Shown piece by piece: positions 26,000 through 39,644 of a stretch of DNA of 64,000 bases. Each line of letters opens with the position of its first letter. The stretch's first letter is position 1. Source of the DNA: Lama glama (Eukaryota); assembly GCA_028534125.1 (NCBI GenBank), contig CM052818.1, positions 18,664,001-18,728,000 on the forward strand, read 5' to 3'. The notes under the pieces were generated by a model. The model worked only from the letters and a program-made list of their open reading frames with translations, was not told the DNA's origin and searched no databases. The position numbers were made by a program, and so were the translations under genes.

Positions 26000-26950
26000 A
26001 AGGAAAGTGAGAGTGTGGGGGTGGGGGGATGCTGAGCCCCCGAGAGAGGGATGGAGGACTGGGGCTGGTGACCCGGGTCCGGGAGGCCCGCCCGGACCGC
26101 GTGGATTTGGACGAGCCCCCAGCCCCGGCCCTCGGAACTGAGTCTAGATTCTTCACTTTGCTGCTTGAATTTTCCTTCTCTTGAGAGCGGGACCCAGGTC
26201 ACAGCAGCAGCCCCAGAGCTGAGGTACGGAGGGGAAGCCCGGTGGGGCCCACCCGGCGCGGGCGCTGCGCCCTGAGGGTAGCGAAGGTGGTGAAGGGGAG
26301 GGGAAGGGGCACCGCGCGCCCGGCGCCCAGCCAGCCCGGGCGCTGCCTGCGTCCCGCGGCGCCGGCGCCTCCGCCACCCGCAGTTTCCCAGCAAACCCGG
26401 GCAACCCACTCCGGAGAGGGGGCTCCCCATGCCTCCCCGTCAGTCCCCTGGGGCTGGTCACTCACGGGCAGCGCGGCCGGGGCTCCGACTCAGACCGCCG
26501 CCATCCACCCCGGAGGAGGAGCAGGAGGAGGTGTGGGAGGAGGAGGGGGAGAAGGGGGAGGAGAGGGAGGGCCCAGAGCGACCCGGAGTGAAGGGGCGGG
26601 GAGGGGGTAGCCACTCCGCGGAGGCTCTTGCGTCCCTGCCCCACCCCCTGCTCCGTCCTCTGCCGGATCCCCACTTCTTTCCCGCCGTGGATCCCCAAAA
26701 CTTTTTCTGGTGTCTGATTCTCCATCTCTTCCCTCCGTTATCTTCCTGCACCTGAGTCTCCAGCCCCCAAGTCGGGGAGAAGGTGCTCCGTTCACCAAAA
26801 GTGGGGCGCGGCAGGGGCAGGTATGAGTTACGTTTGGAGGCCCCTTGAAGTAGACGGCTGGGGCCTTTGACAGATCTGAAGCCACCCTGCACCCCCTAGG
26901 ATTGCTATCATCGCTGCGTGGTGGGATGATGGGGGCGGGGCAGGGATGAG
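26000..26950. promoter_or_regulatory. STON1: CpG island promoter, probably of STON1
   Basis: Very high GC and CpG density; GC boxes (ggggcggg ~26593, gggggcgggg ~26931); about 10 kb downstream of the PPP1R21 3' end, where human STON1 starts on the same strand. Gene identity rests on synteny only. Confidence 0.8.
26466..26560 (-). other. STON1: Probable non-coding first exon of STON1 (5' boundary uncertain)
   Basis: Minus-strand donor GCTGCCC|gtgagtgac at 26466/26465 inside the CpG island; no STON1 coding exon recognised in the window, consistent with a long intron 1. Confidence 0.6.
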
Positions 26951-27039
26951 ACCTGTGGTGTTTTCCACCTTGCTTTACTGAGCTTTTGGGTTTTCTTTTC
27001 TCTTGAGATCCGATAGGAGAACTAAAGAACTTTTTTGAC

Positions 27040-27563
27040 GTTTTTTAAAAACTTAAGTATAGTTGATTTACAGTATTATATTAGTTTCAGGTGTACTGTA
27101 TAGTGATTCGGTATTTTTCACAGATTATACCCCCACTAAAAGTTTTTACAAAATAATGGCTGTAATTCCCTGTTCTATTCAATATATCCTTGTTGCTTAT
27201 CTATTTCACGCACAGTAGTTTGTATTTCTTAATCCAACACCCTTAATTTGCCCCTCCCCTCTTCCCTCTGGTAACCACTAGTTTGTTTTCTGTTGAGTCT
27301 GTTTCTGTTTTGCTACATACATTCATTTGTATTGTTTTTTAGGTTCCACTTATAAGTGATATCATACAGCATTTGTCTTTTTCTGTGTAACATTTCACCA
27401 TGCATAAAATTCTCTAGGTCCATCCACGTTGCTGCAAATGGTAGCAGTTCATTCTTTTATGGCTGAGTAATACTCCCTTATAGATGTGTGTATATATATA
27501 CACCACATCTTATTTATCCATTCATCTGCTGATGGACACTTGGGTTGCTTCCATATCTGGGCT
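27040..27563 (-). mobile_element. 5'-truncated L1 3' end just upstream of the CpG island
   Basis: aagtatagttgatttaca...ttccacttataagtgatatcatacag...gatggacacttgggttgcttcca; degenerate TSD. Confidence 0.88.
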
Positions 27564-28133
27564 AAGAATTATTTTTGAAGCCTCTGTCAAGTGGCTCCTC
27601 TTTTCCCTGAAGGTGGGGCCAGCCCTGGTGCCAGGGTAAGATGAAAGGTAAAGATGGAATCCCACCTTCAAGGCCCATCAATACTAAAGAGGAGGAGACA
27701 GACTAGTGAAGGGCCAGGCTGTGTGGATGAGGCAGAATGCAGAAGACAAGGGGAGTTGTCCTTCAAGAAGAGCTTAAAGGGTGGCTTCTAGTCCCTACTC
27801 CATCACCTCCTAGCAGGTGATTCTGGGCAAGTCACTTGACATCTGAGCCTCTTCCACAAATGAGGCTGCCCCACTAGCAATCAAAATAAAAGAAGATCCA
27901 CTAGTGCCCTTTACCCTGGAGGGACACCTAACCCCAGGATGGGAGGCTTGTGAGGATTTGAACAGACTCAGAGAGGAGAAAAAAGGGCATTCCAGGCCCT
28001 AGGACATGGTGCTTTGGAGGCTGGCAGGACTGAAAGGCTTAGGGCAGGTGGGAAATGTTTGGATGAGAAGGTGGGACTGGACATAAAGCAGAAAATGGGA
28101 AATCCATAAAGTTTTTAAGCAAAGGAATATTTT

Positions 28134-28741
28134 TTTTCCTGCCTCAGGTTTATTTGTACAAACAGCACAGGTAGACATGAGCCCCATGCAGACAGCAGCC
28201 CAGAGGTCACACCAGTCCTTCTATCCTCACATCAGTAGATGAAAGCCTCTACTCTGGAGCCTTTGTTGGGGGCCTGGGTACCTTTGGGAGCCAGAGCCGG
28301 AGCTGCAGCTGAAGCTGTGGCCTTGGTCTAAGCCTTGTCCTTGGCCTTTGGCCGACAGAGCCTGAGACCCTTGGCAATGTGGGCATGAGCACATTTTCTG
28401 AGCCTGGGGTGAGCAGTGTAGGCAAGCTGACTCAGCTTGCGGCTGTTCCTCTTTGGGATCTTGGGCTTGACCTCCTTGGGCTTTCCAAGAGCCTTGACAG
28501 TCTCAGCACGTGCACTCATGGCCTTGGCGTTGTTGGCCTGCATCTTCTTCAGGCCCTTCTTGCTGTGCTTCTTGGCAAAATGCGTGTTCCTCAGGAACAT
28601 GGGGTCCACCCCCTTAAGAGGTTCGTATCGTTGTGATCAGGGTTTTTTAATGCCATTTCTGTGCCACTTTCAGGACTGGTTGTGTGTGGTGTGGTTCTTC
28701 GACTTGGCCATGTCTGCACCGGAGCTGGGAGATCCCGAATC
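28134..28741 (-). pseudogene. RPL29: Processed pseudogene of ribosomal protein L29 (eL29)
   Basis: Intronless [40 protein letters not shown]... from ATG at 28711; stops at 28670-72, 28637-39 and 28328-30 plus a late frameshift; AATAAA at 28149-54, short poly(A); perfect 17-bp TSD aagcaaaggaatatttt at 28117-33 and 28742-58. Confidence 0.96.
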
Positions 28742-31700
28742 AAGCAAAGGAATATTTTGATGCAAGTGGTATCCTGTTCACTGTTGTATTCCCAAAGCCT
28801 AGCATACAATAGGTACCCAGTAAACCGTTTTGGACTCAAAATGGCGATTTAGGAATACCGATTTAATGGTCTGAAAAGTCCATCTTTCAGATGGACTATC
28901 TGGGAAGAGGGGGCTTGAGCTCAAGGAGAGGAGTTAGGAGGCCCTAGTGAACATCTCACCATGAAGGACAATGCCTGGTGGTGGAAAGGAAATGAAGGAA
29001 TTCTGATTGAACACGTCCTTCTGTTTGCACCGCAGTGTGATTGTCTCTTCAATGCTCTTTTAGGTGTAGTCTTACTTTTGACCTTGGTGTTCCTTGGTGA
29101 AATGGAAAAGATAACCAGTCAACTGCCAGCCAATGGTTAGAACCTGTGCTGAGGGCTTTGAGGAAGGAGGGAAACATTCAGAGGGCATGGGAATGCCTTA
29201 AGTCACACAGCTGGGATCTATTTAGGATACTTTTAGCTTCAGATAAAATTTCTAATTGTGTTTATGCTTAAGACATCCTAAACAACCAGAAAAAGGCATC
29301 AGGTCCTCCTCACTTCCCTATTTCCTCCCACGACCATCCCTCAAGAGTTGAGGAAGAGCAAGAGGGAGCCTGGAGAACAGAACGTCAACCGAATGGTAAC
29401 TTTTCAGAGACTCTTCTGTGGAATCAGACAGGTACTGCATCAGAGTCAGCCTTCTGGTAAGGAGCTGAGAAAAGTGCAGAGCAAAAAGGACAAAGAAAGA
29501 GAGAGGCAGAGGAAGGGAAGAAAAGAGGGGCTTTGACCCCAGGCATTCTGGCTGAAGCCCCAGACTGAAACTCCTGTATCCCGTGTCTAGCCCATCTCAG
29601 AAAATGCCACAAGTAACAATTGGAGAAAGGACTCAAACAGGAAACCCCACCACACTGGACAAACCAGCAACTGTCGATGCATTTAAATGAGTCCTGAGCA
29701 TACCTTCTTTAATTCCATCATCTTAGACTAAGCAGTATGGCCTTGATTAGTAGGCAGTCCACCTAGTGAAAGAAATAATTGTTTTGGAAACTTTGACACT
29801 TCTGCAAAGCAAATAGGCCCATAATTTTCTAAAGACCAAATCAGTTGGTTGAAAACCATTTATCTTTTGCAAGAGACAGCCCCTCCTCTTCTGTGTGACT
29901 CAGCGTGGCCCCAAAGGTTGCCACTTTCATGAATGCAGATTTATTTCTTGTAACTCCTCCACATATTTCCAAAGGACCCTTTCTGGCAGTATCCCTTTGT
30001 ATCAAAATCTGTTGGTAAACAGCTCAGCCTGGCCTCAATAGCTAGGCCACCACAGCTGTTCAAGGCTGGCTGTGCCTGTGACCTCATGTTACTCCAGATC
30101 CTGTTCTTTTCCTAGCTCTACAGTAAGGAGACCCTCAGACCACATCACTCTTCTTGTCATTAGCACGTTTCCCTTTCCTGGCAGCCTTTTTAAGGAAACC
30201 ATTTAGAATTCTGTTTAACAAGGGGCCCCCAAATTCTCTGTAAATATGATCCAGTATATTAACTCAGAATTCCTCAAAACTCAAATCAGTTGAAGCTGTC
30301 AGGATCTGTTAATATAAATTCAAACCAGCTTGTGGAAATGCCTGATTTGAAAGGGGATTTGGTTGGAAAGTGAGGACTTCAGATCTAGAACAAGCTTAGC
30401 CCTAAATGCTTGATAAGAACATTCCTCCCTAAAAACTTGAAAACAGTAAGTCTCTATTTATATTGCAACGTTCATTCAAGACAGAGTAAAAGCTTGTGGA
30501 AAAATCGTACTCCAAAAAGGTATTGAACAGTGATAGCTTCAACAACAGTGAAAATGAAACAGGAAAAAAAAATCACCATTTTAGGCACATGATGCATTCT
30601 GGACTGATATTTGAAGAACACACTGTTTTTAAACAACTTTATCTATGAGGAAACTTGAATACTTGTGGAAAGAAATTTCCAAAGATAAATAAAAAGCCCA
30701 CATCTTCACTGAGAATGCTAACTGAAATCAATGGTAATTTAGGGAGATGATCACTTAATCAACTCTGATTGGCTATCCTTTGTCTTGGAGATGGGACACT
30801 CTTAGGTGTGGCTTGAGCTAGTGATACAGTCCCTTGGCCTGCTCCCTAAAACGTATCCAGTTAGCATCAATTGAACACCTACTATGTACAAGACATCCTG
30901 CTAGGCACTGTGGGGAAGTAAGTGTAAGGCATGGTTCCTGCCTCACAGCATCTGTAGTTGTTCAGAGAGACAGCATACAGCAAAATGACCAGATGGGATG
31001 TGTTGACAATTTAACATAACAGAAGAGGTGCCCTAAGGAAATGCAGGAAAGTGGAAGAGAGGGAGCGTATTCTTCAGCATCTGAGCAAGACGTGAGCGAC
31101 ATTTTGTTTTTGTTAGTTAACTGAACTGCGTTGTTTCTATTCTTGGACCTCTGGGGTGTCACCACTCAGCCATCCCACTAGTGTTTAGGGAATAGTGGGG
31201 CTGAGTTCAGAGATCATTAAACACACCACAAAGGTTCTAAGTGGGGGAGGTACCTTTTGAGGCCCCTACATCCACAAACCAGACAACAGATTCCAGCATG
31301 TTTCTACCCAGGAGTCAATTCTAATCCTCTCCTTATGAAAACAGTTACTCTAATTCTGCTCTATAACCTTTTCTTTCAAAGATTTGGAAGAACTGTAATG
31401 GGTTTTCCTGCTCTAATGCTCTGACTGCCAGATAATTTCCTAATTTGGAGCTAATTACCAAACTGCTTAAAAATGTAAGTCACAGGCAACACTTACTGAC
31501 AAGCTTTCCACTTACCACCATGGTATCTGAGGACATGGCCCTTAGCCAAGAACAGAAGCTTCCAGCTTCCTCTTCTATCCCAGAACAGACTATTCCTTGT
31601 CAGTGTGGCTCTGCCAGATGGTTTCTTAGCCATCATCAACCAAGTTGCTATCTTCATATGTTAAAGTTATAGAGTTAGTTTGAAGACTTTTAAGAGCTGG

Positions 31701-34284
31701 GAACAACTTTCAGGGTCAATGCTGCATAAAACAAAACTCTAAACTGTACATTTTTCTGTCTGACGATTTTTATTATGAAGAAAGCTTTCATTCGTAGTCA
31801 TCTGGAGATAGCCTTTCCCTCCAACTTGTTTGATGACTTTCTTAGCTAATTGGTTCCTCATTTTACTTATTTTTTTCTCACATTTTTGTTTGGAAATAGT
31901 GCAGCTGAGTTTTTGTTTTAATGGATAATGAACTTGGAAGTGGTCATGTTGCTAAAAAGTATCTGTTAGCATAACTGATAGAGTTAGTTTCTTACCAAAA
32001 ACAGTGGGAAAGCCAATTTTATCAGCTTTGAAAAGTGAGCAGTATTGCTTATAATAACATAACGGGGGGGGGGTGTTTAAAAGTGATCTGACAAGACACA
32101 TGCTATTTTATCACTATTTCTCAAGCTGTGCGTGGAGCATCTTATCCCTTCTCCCAGGCCTGCTATAGAACAGAATGTGAACAATGCCCCCTAGAGTTGT
32201 GCAGCCAGCTAACCTACCTCCCGCCCCATCACTTCCTATTTAAGAGTTTTTTTCTCATTTGGAGTTTCTTATAACATAATCCCAATTCTTATTAAAAACT
32301 TATAATGCATGAAAAAACAGGAATAAACAAAATATTAATAGCTGAATCTCCATAGAAGGAGATGTGTGCTCTTGAAACTTTCCCTCATTTTCCAAATTTT
32401 CAACAATAAGCATGCAGTATGTAATCAAGAAAAAGTCGGAAATGTCATTTCAATAAGTTCTGAAAATTCCATCTCCTTCAGGAAGCAATGCATGATAATT
32501 AAAAGTCATTTTTCTTATTTTTTCCTTTTGCTCCAACGTGGATTTCAACCAACCGAGTCCCTACTTTGTGCCCAGACCGAGATTTCTCTCTCATTTTTCA
32601 CCTTCCAAGCCCCCAGAGGTCTGGTCAGAACAGACGATGCTTTGAGAGGGGCGCTGCAATGGAGGCAGAGGCACAAGACACTCACTGAAGGGCTTGTGGA
32701 GTGTGAAACGGTATTTTAAGAGTGGCAGCCGCTTGATGCCCAGAATAATGAGGAAGGGAGATCCCAAAACAGCAGCAGTATTGCTGGCCTAGAGACCAGC
32801 CAGGATAGCCTGGAGCAGATCAAAGGACTTGTAGGAAAGACTTCTTGATGGAGATAAATCTGGCTGAACACCCAAGTGAATCTGACAGCAGAGACAGAAG
32901 TTATATACCGAGAGAGAATTTAGGAATAAATGATGAGTACCATAGAAAACACAGATAAATAAATAAATAGGTAAGTAAATAAAGAGCCAATTATTAACTC
33001 CAGGAAAAATAAAGAGTTGTACAAGAAAGGAAAAGTAATCATGCTACATCGTGTGACTCGGCGACCAACAGCATTTAAATAATCTTAGTAAGGAATATAC
33101 TGAATATCGACCTAATCAAAATGTTGGTATAACTAGCTTGAGAGAAGACAGGAAAACAGGAAGCATGTATATGTATGTGAGTGGTGAGGAGAGGGAGGCA
33201 GATGAAACAGAGACAAATCCTCATCTTCCAACTGTGAAATCAACTGATAAAGCCTAACAGAAAAAGCAAAAGTAGCGTGCCATTTGGAAATACGGGGACA
33301 GACACCAAAATAGTGAGTGCAAGTGCTTTTCTTTGGGGAGCGTGATACGAGGGGGAGGATCAGGAGGCTGTTTTTGTTTGCCTCGTTTTGTTTTTTTCTT
33401 TGTAGTAAGTATTTTAGAACAGTTTGACTCAAACTAAGTTTGTAACTTTCATAAAAATACAGACACTTAATTACAAATGTTACAGCCTTGACAGATTATC
33501 CCTCACTGCCCAGTGTGAGGCTAGCCCAGAGCAGGCTGGATGACCTGTGGCCATCTGTAATTACGCATGGACGCGATCACTTTGTTGTCTCACTAGCAGG
33601 CAGCCAGCACGCCTGTTTTGCGCATCAGTCTCATCAGCACTGACCACTCAGCAGGCGCTCCACACGTCCTTGTTGAGCAAATGATGAAATGAGTAAGACA
33701 GATACAGAAGGTAGTGCTCCCCATCTTTACACAGGTATGCATAACTGAAGGGTTTACAGGTGAAATGAGCCAATGTCTGGGAATTGCCTTAAAATAGTCC
33801 AGGAAAAAAAAAAAAGAGTGTAAAAAAGATAAAAAAAGATTAACAAAATGCTCATAAGATGTGATGGGGACATAAGAGTTCATATTAGTCTCTCGTTTTG
33901 TGTATGTTAGAAAATTCCTTTACAAAAAAAAAAAGTAACAACAAAGTTTATACAGGAAGAGGATTATAAGGGAGGGGTAGCGTCATGGCATACATTTATT
34001 AAATTCAGAATTTGGTAGCTGGGAAGGTTTGTGTAACAGGGAATATGTAAATAAAAATAGGGGTCAGAGGAAAAAAAAAAAAGCATGTCAAAGACAAACA
34101 CTGCACCAGGGCCGTTAGCCCAGGAAGCTAACTGAAAGCTGAAAGAAGGGTAGAGGTACATAATGAAGACATGGAAAAGGAAAGCTGGATGGAGTGCAGG
34201 AGTTACTGATCCTCCAAATACAGAGCACCTGTAGGAACAGAACTGAATGTCCCCAATTTAAAGCAGAACTACAGCACTGCAGTA

Positions 34285-34520
34285 GTGAGTGACCTAGGCT
34301 CTGGAATCGGCCTAGCCTGGATCTGACCCCTGATCCACACATACCAGCTGTGTGACTGTGGACAAACTGCTTAGCTGCTCTGAGCCTTGGTTTTCTGTCT
34401 GTTAAAACGGGGGAAGTGATAGCACCAATGAGATATAGGTATTGGAGGTTTAAATGAAATAAGTCATGGCAAGCCTCATTCCATGCCTGACTTAAGTAAC
34501 TGGTTAACAAATGGTGGTTA
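34285..34520 (+). mobile_element. MIR SINE
   Basis: ccagctgtgtgactgtggacaaactgcttag...ctgagccttggttttct core. Confidence 0.75.
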
Positions 34521-36509
34521 TTATATGCCGGGGCAAGGTACTCTGCCAACAGAGCAGAGATCTTAGCAGTTAAGTTGAAAAGGGACAATTCTGCCAGGGA
34601 ACCAACTGCACCCTCTACAGTCCTGCCCTGTCCCTCAGGCCGAGGAACCCTCCCAGATGCACTGACCCTGACAGAACGGCCAGACAGTCTCCAAGTACTG
34701 CCTGCGGGTCTGTGGGAACCAGACACCATGCAGGGTGAAAGGGGCCACCAGTCTGAGAGCTCTGGCAGCTCATGGCTGATGGGAGATACAAGTCTCAGCC
34801 ACCAAAGCAAAGAGGGACACAATCCCAAGATTCACATTTTCTCTAAGGAAAAAACAGGCCCAGCTCTCAGGAGAAGTGTAACTCTCCCTAACCCAGAGGT
34901 CTGAGTGTGTTCATAAAGACAGAGGGCGAGGACGCTGGGCGCGTGGAAGAGAACAAGGAGAAAGTGAGTGATGGTCAGCTTGTGTGTCCACACGTACCCA
35001 CTAGAGCTAGACTGTGCCCAGCAGTCAGTGAGGGGCCACCGTGAAGGCTTTCCACCAGGGAAACGGCTCTGGAGAGAGACGGTCTGGTAAAAGGCGTAGG
35101 AGGTCTGGGTACAGGAAGACGGGTCGTCCAGACAGTAAGGAGCCAGGGCTTGATTCATGGTTTTGAGTAAGGATCCTGCAAAGGCAGAAAGACTCAAAAA
35201 GACAAGATAACCAATGAAACATGTGAGGTGAGGAGGAACCCAAGGTGATTCCCAGGTGCTCGGCTTAAGTTACAATCAGGTGGAAGCAAGCTGCTCCTCC
35301 CTCAGTCCTCCCTCTCAGTCCTGTTTGTTCAGGTTAAAATCCTTGCCTCCCCTTTGACCCCTCCTCTTTCTCTCACATTCCACATCCAGCCCAATCAACA
35401 TTCACGTCAACCAGTGTTCACTGAGTGCTAGACGATGTTCTAGGTACAGTGAACAAACCAGACCAAAAATCTGCCTTCCTGGCACTGCGTCTTCTAGAAG
35501 TAGAAACAGGCAGTACATGAGATAAATAAGCAAAACACACTGTATGCTAGAGTATGGTAAGTATTAGGATTAAAACAAAGCAGAGATGAGTGGCGTAAGT
35601 AAAGGGGGAAGGTGCTGCGATTTCAGCAAATCCTATTCACTCTCTTCAAAATAAACCCAGAAACAGACTTTACACAACTTCCTCTGCCACCATCATCTCT
35701 ATCCCAACTTGCTTGCTTCCACCCTTGCTCCCCTACAATCTATTCTCAACATAGCAGCCAATTCCATTAAAGCATCAGCCAGACGATGTCACTCCTTTGT
35801 CCCAAACCCTCCAAAGGAAGAAGAGAAACGGACTAGAAACTCTGATTACAGCATCACAGAACACTGAGGGTCTAGCGGGGGCTGGAAACTCTAGGTGTAC
35901 AGTGGAGCTAATCAGCATGGTGACTTGATGTTTCCCTCTCAGTGCTTGGGGGCTTAGATGCAGCTGCAATGGAAACAGCTGGTTCAGTTGATGGAGAATT
36001 AAAATGAGCAGGGCACAGAAAACAGAAAGGGCAAAGGGGCTAGGGACTCGAAGGGCCCAGAGGATGGGACCAAGGTGACTCACCCAGAGATCCCCGAGGC
36101 AGGATTCAAACACCTTCATTACTGTGAGGACTGGGCACAACCACCAGACTCTCCTGAGCAGTCAGCCGAGGATGCGGGGCAGGGTCCGAGGAGTTGGCCT
36201 TTGTGCTGAGCACTGAGGGAAGCTGGTGGTGAGCTCTCAGGGAGAGACACCACTGAAAGGTACACTGAAATGACACAAGGTTTATGAAATAAACCAAGGG
36301 GAGCCTGAAAGGGCTGAAGGTCCTTGCTTGAAGTATGGTTGCGAGTACCTTGAGAGGTACTCAAAGCCTTAATAAAGGATTAATGTACAATTATTCCAAT
36401 TTGGGGGATTAAAAAGATTACATCTAAATCAATTGGGATTTGGTAATTTCAAGAAGCCTACTTTAGTAAGTTTCAGTTTCCTTTATCAGATTTTCATAGA
36501 GAGACTGAA

Positions 36510-37150
36510 AGTTTGATGTAAGTACGAATTTATTGACATCAATTTTCCTTCAGCTATTATTCCAACACAGAGAGGGTACTGAAGAGTTGAAGACAATGAT
36601 AATAAACCCACGAGATCTAAAGTTTTCAAGGCCCACTCCCTCCAGAACAGCAAAAGAGAAAAGGAGAGAAGGAGAGGGAAAATGTGTAAGTCTTCAAAAC
36701 GCATCGAGACTGCTTTCTATTATAGCAAAAAGTAACGAGTTTGACAATTTAAGCATTTTATCCAGAAACATAGATCTATTCCATAGATACCAAATTGATT
36801 ACCATATAATTGAGCTTGAAAATATACAAAATATTTGTTGTTCTTACATACTGAAATTAAAACCTAATTTTAAAAAGTGCACAGTAAAAACAGCGTAAGG
36901 AAACCTACAATATCCATGGTATGTATATTGTTTTCCATTTTACTGTCAACAACAAATTCTGTATTTGCCTTATTGGTTACAAATATATTTTAAATATTTC
37001 AAGGCCATTTACAACACTGACGACTTTACTAGGTCCAACAACACTCCAGCCATCTGAAGGCGGCCAGCACTGGACGTGGTCTCGCTCCGCAGCTCCGCAC
37101 AGCAGTAGCAGCTCTGGAAAGAGAGCGCCCACCAGCCAGCTATTTGTAAA
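36510..37150 (-). other. PPP1R21: PPP1R21 3' UTR (3' end approximate)
   Basis: AT-rich, repeat-free segment between the stop codon and a minus-strand AATAAA. Confidence 0.7.
36529..36534 (-). terminator. PPP1R21: Probable PPP1R21 polyadenylation signal AATAAA
   Basis: tttatt on + strand about 620 nt downstream of the stop; first canonical hexamer I found after the stop. Confidence 0.7.
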
Positions 37151-37180
37151 CTATCGACTCTTGTTCTTTTTAGAATTTCC
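37151..37180 (-). CDS. PPP1R21: PPP1R21 last exon, coding part: GNSKKNKSR-stop (TAG)
   Basis: ttttctctgcacag| acceptor then GGA AAT TCT AAA AAG AAC AAG AGT CGA TAG; matches the remembered human C-terminus. Confidence 0.95.
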   Translation of the reverse strand, partial: GNSKKNKSR

Positions 37181-39515
37181 CTGTGCAGAGAAAAATATCA
37201 ACAGTAAGAATGCAAACTTCTAGAAAAACCGTTTACACAGTTCAGAGACCAAGCTGTCTGGAAGCCATATTTCACTTTAGAAAACTTTCACTCCCAAGAG
37301 GGAGAGCAGCTGATTACCTGCATCGCTAACTTTTACTCAGGAATCACTAGGAGTTTGTTACTTTTAACTCTCCCCACTTTCTCCAGTCATGGACCTTATT
37401 CCCTTGGAGTCTGAAGACAGACAATAAAGAAAAAAAAGAAAGCTATCTTAGATTTAACAAACCTCAAATACCCATTTTGTTCCAAAGACAAGGTATTTTA
37501 TGATTTCATAAAGCTGAAAAAAATTAGCTTAATCATCTTTCTCTGTTATTTAAACACCTTTTAAAAGGTCTTAATAGGCACTAATTTTGAATAGGTGCCA
37601 ACTAGCACCCCAATGGCAATGATTATCTGTCAAAAGGAAGCTCAGATACTGGCTGAGAATGAGTTAGAGAGAAGAAATGTCTTAATTTATTCCCAATTCC
37701 CTCACACATGGAGATTTGGATTTACCAGTTTTATGTAACTTTTCTTCTGGAGAAGTTCACTTTTTAGGAAAACATCCTGATTAAATTCCTGTATTTAACT
37801 ATTACGTACAAAGACTTTTTTTTCATGTAAGTGGGAAATGATTGCAGAATACAAACATTAAGAGCAAGATAATAGCAAACAAATGGTTTCAGGATGTTTA
37901 CTTGGTGTCCAATGGAGACCATGTCAACTCAGCCATAAGATGATGCTGTAGCAATTTAAATTACCAATAAACAGGGGGCAGGTGGTGGGGAGCAAAATAC
38001 AGGGACCAAAGAATGATCAAAGAAAGCTTAACAATAGAAACTACAAAGTGAAGAAGGATCTCTAGCTCAGTGTTTTATTAATGACAGATATCCTAAGGAC
38101 TAGATTAAAAAGTTATGAGAGAGCTTAAAAATCCCCTAACTTCTAAAGTAGCTGCAATACAATTACCTTTGGGACAATAAGCTTTACTATACTCAACATT
38201 AATCCTTCTCAATCCAGAACCAAATGCCTTCTGAGCAACTCTGAGGTTGAAAACTTTCCCTGTAATCACTGCTACTTTTTTTTCAAATGTTATTATGTGC
38301 TAAAGCAGGCGTTCTCCTACGTCTCACACTAATGCATGTACTTTCATGAGTCACCTATTGCCCTGGCAGAATATCCAGAGGCCAAAAGGGTTAAAGGCAG
38401 CATTCTTCAAGATAACCAACACCCTACCCTCTACTTCCAAGCTCAAGTTTCCTGAAGCACAAGTGACTGGAGAACCCTAATCAGAACCACATTGGCTGGT
38501 TAGTCATCACAAGATGTCCCAGAAAAGCATCACAGACACTCTCTGAAGTAGCCAGAGGCCAATCAATATCACAAAACTACGCTGAGAAACACAATTATAT
38601 CACACAGATTCCAGTGCATTAACCCGATACACGTTCCAAGGAGACACCAACTGAGCAGCTGGCTGCACCACCACTGGCAGGTGCTACAGTGAAGCTATGG
38701 TTTGTTCATCTCCATGTCCTCCCCAGTGCCGGCACACAGTGGAACTCAGTAAATGCCTGCTCCATCAACAAGTGGCAGCAGCGGATCTCAAAGAGCGCGG
38801 GCTGGAGACTGTAAATCCTAGCTGCTGGTGGTACAGTATTGTCTAAGTTATAAAAATAAGCTAAGCACCTGAGATGATGCATGAAACCAACTCTCTGGCC
38901 TCTGGAAGCCTACCTTTCACATTAAGAGTATATACATTATGTTACAACAAAGAAACATGGTATGTGGATATGCACTTCCAACACAAAAACACTACCAATA
39001 TCTACTGACCCCAGCCTGGACAAGCAGAGGCTTTACTGGAAATGAAATCTAAGAATCTTTTGGCATTAAAAAGACAAGATAGTCCTAGGTTATTTGGATA
39101 TGTATGAGAATAAATTTGCTAAAGGAGGTTACTCTTCAACAGCACCATTTTAGACTCATATCAATGAAGAGTAATCCCTGTCATAAACCTCTAAGAGTGC
39201 TCCTGATTGATAGACTAGTAGCAGAAATACCAAAAATGCCCAAAATGCAAAAAAAAACCCCAAAAAACAAAAAACAACACAGGACACAGTAGTAGGGCTT
39301 CAGAGGTCAGATCATCTCTCAACTTATAACTTAATCAAAAAATCTTAATTTTTAATATTTTTAATTTTAATAAGAGGGCAATTGATGAGATTTATAAACA
39401 CTTTAAATCTCTTAACCTTTCACCCTTGAAAAGCACAGCAATGAAGTACCTTATATTAAATACATTAAATATGAAATATTATACTTCAGAGACACCCCTC
39501 CGTCCCCTCCCCTAC

Positions 39516-39644
39516 CTTACTGGACATCTTTAGCGTGTCAATCTCTTCTCTCTGTTTAGATAATGTCTCATTCATGCTGCACAAGTGGTCACTCATCATA
39601 CTTAACTGATCCTCGTAACTCCTCTTGGTAGTTGTCAGCTCATC
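39516..39644 (-). CDS. PPP1R21: PPP1R21 penultimate coding exon (129 nt): DELTTTKRSYEDQLSMMSDHLCSMNETLSKQREEIDTLKMSSK
   Basis: Within ORF 39486..39680; attcag| acceptor, AAG|gtaggg donor. Confidence 0.96.

Noticed and set aside
25747..26892. Overlapping ORFs up to 227 aa in the CpG island
   Set aside because: Low-complexity Pro/Gly/Arg frames expected from stop-poor GC-rich DNA; no recognisable protein.
28328..28609. 93-aa RPL29-like ORF as a functional gene
   Set aside because: Internal remnant of a retrocopy; the true N-terminus has two in-frame stops and the C-terminus is truncated.
34115..34828. 237-aa minus-strand ORF
   Set aside because: Runs through a MIR element, non-ATG start, no homology recognised.
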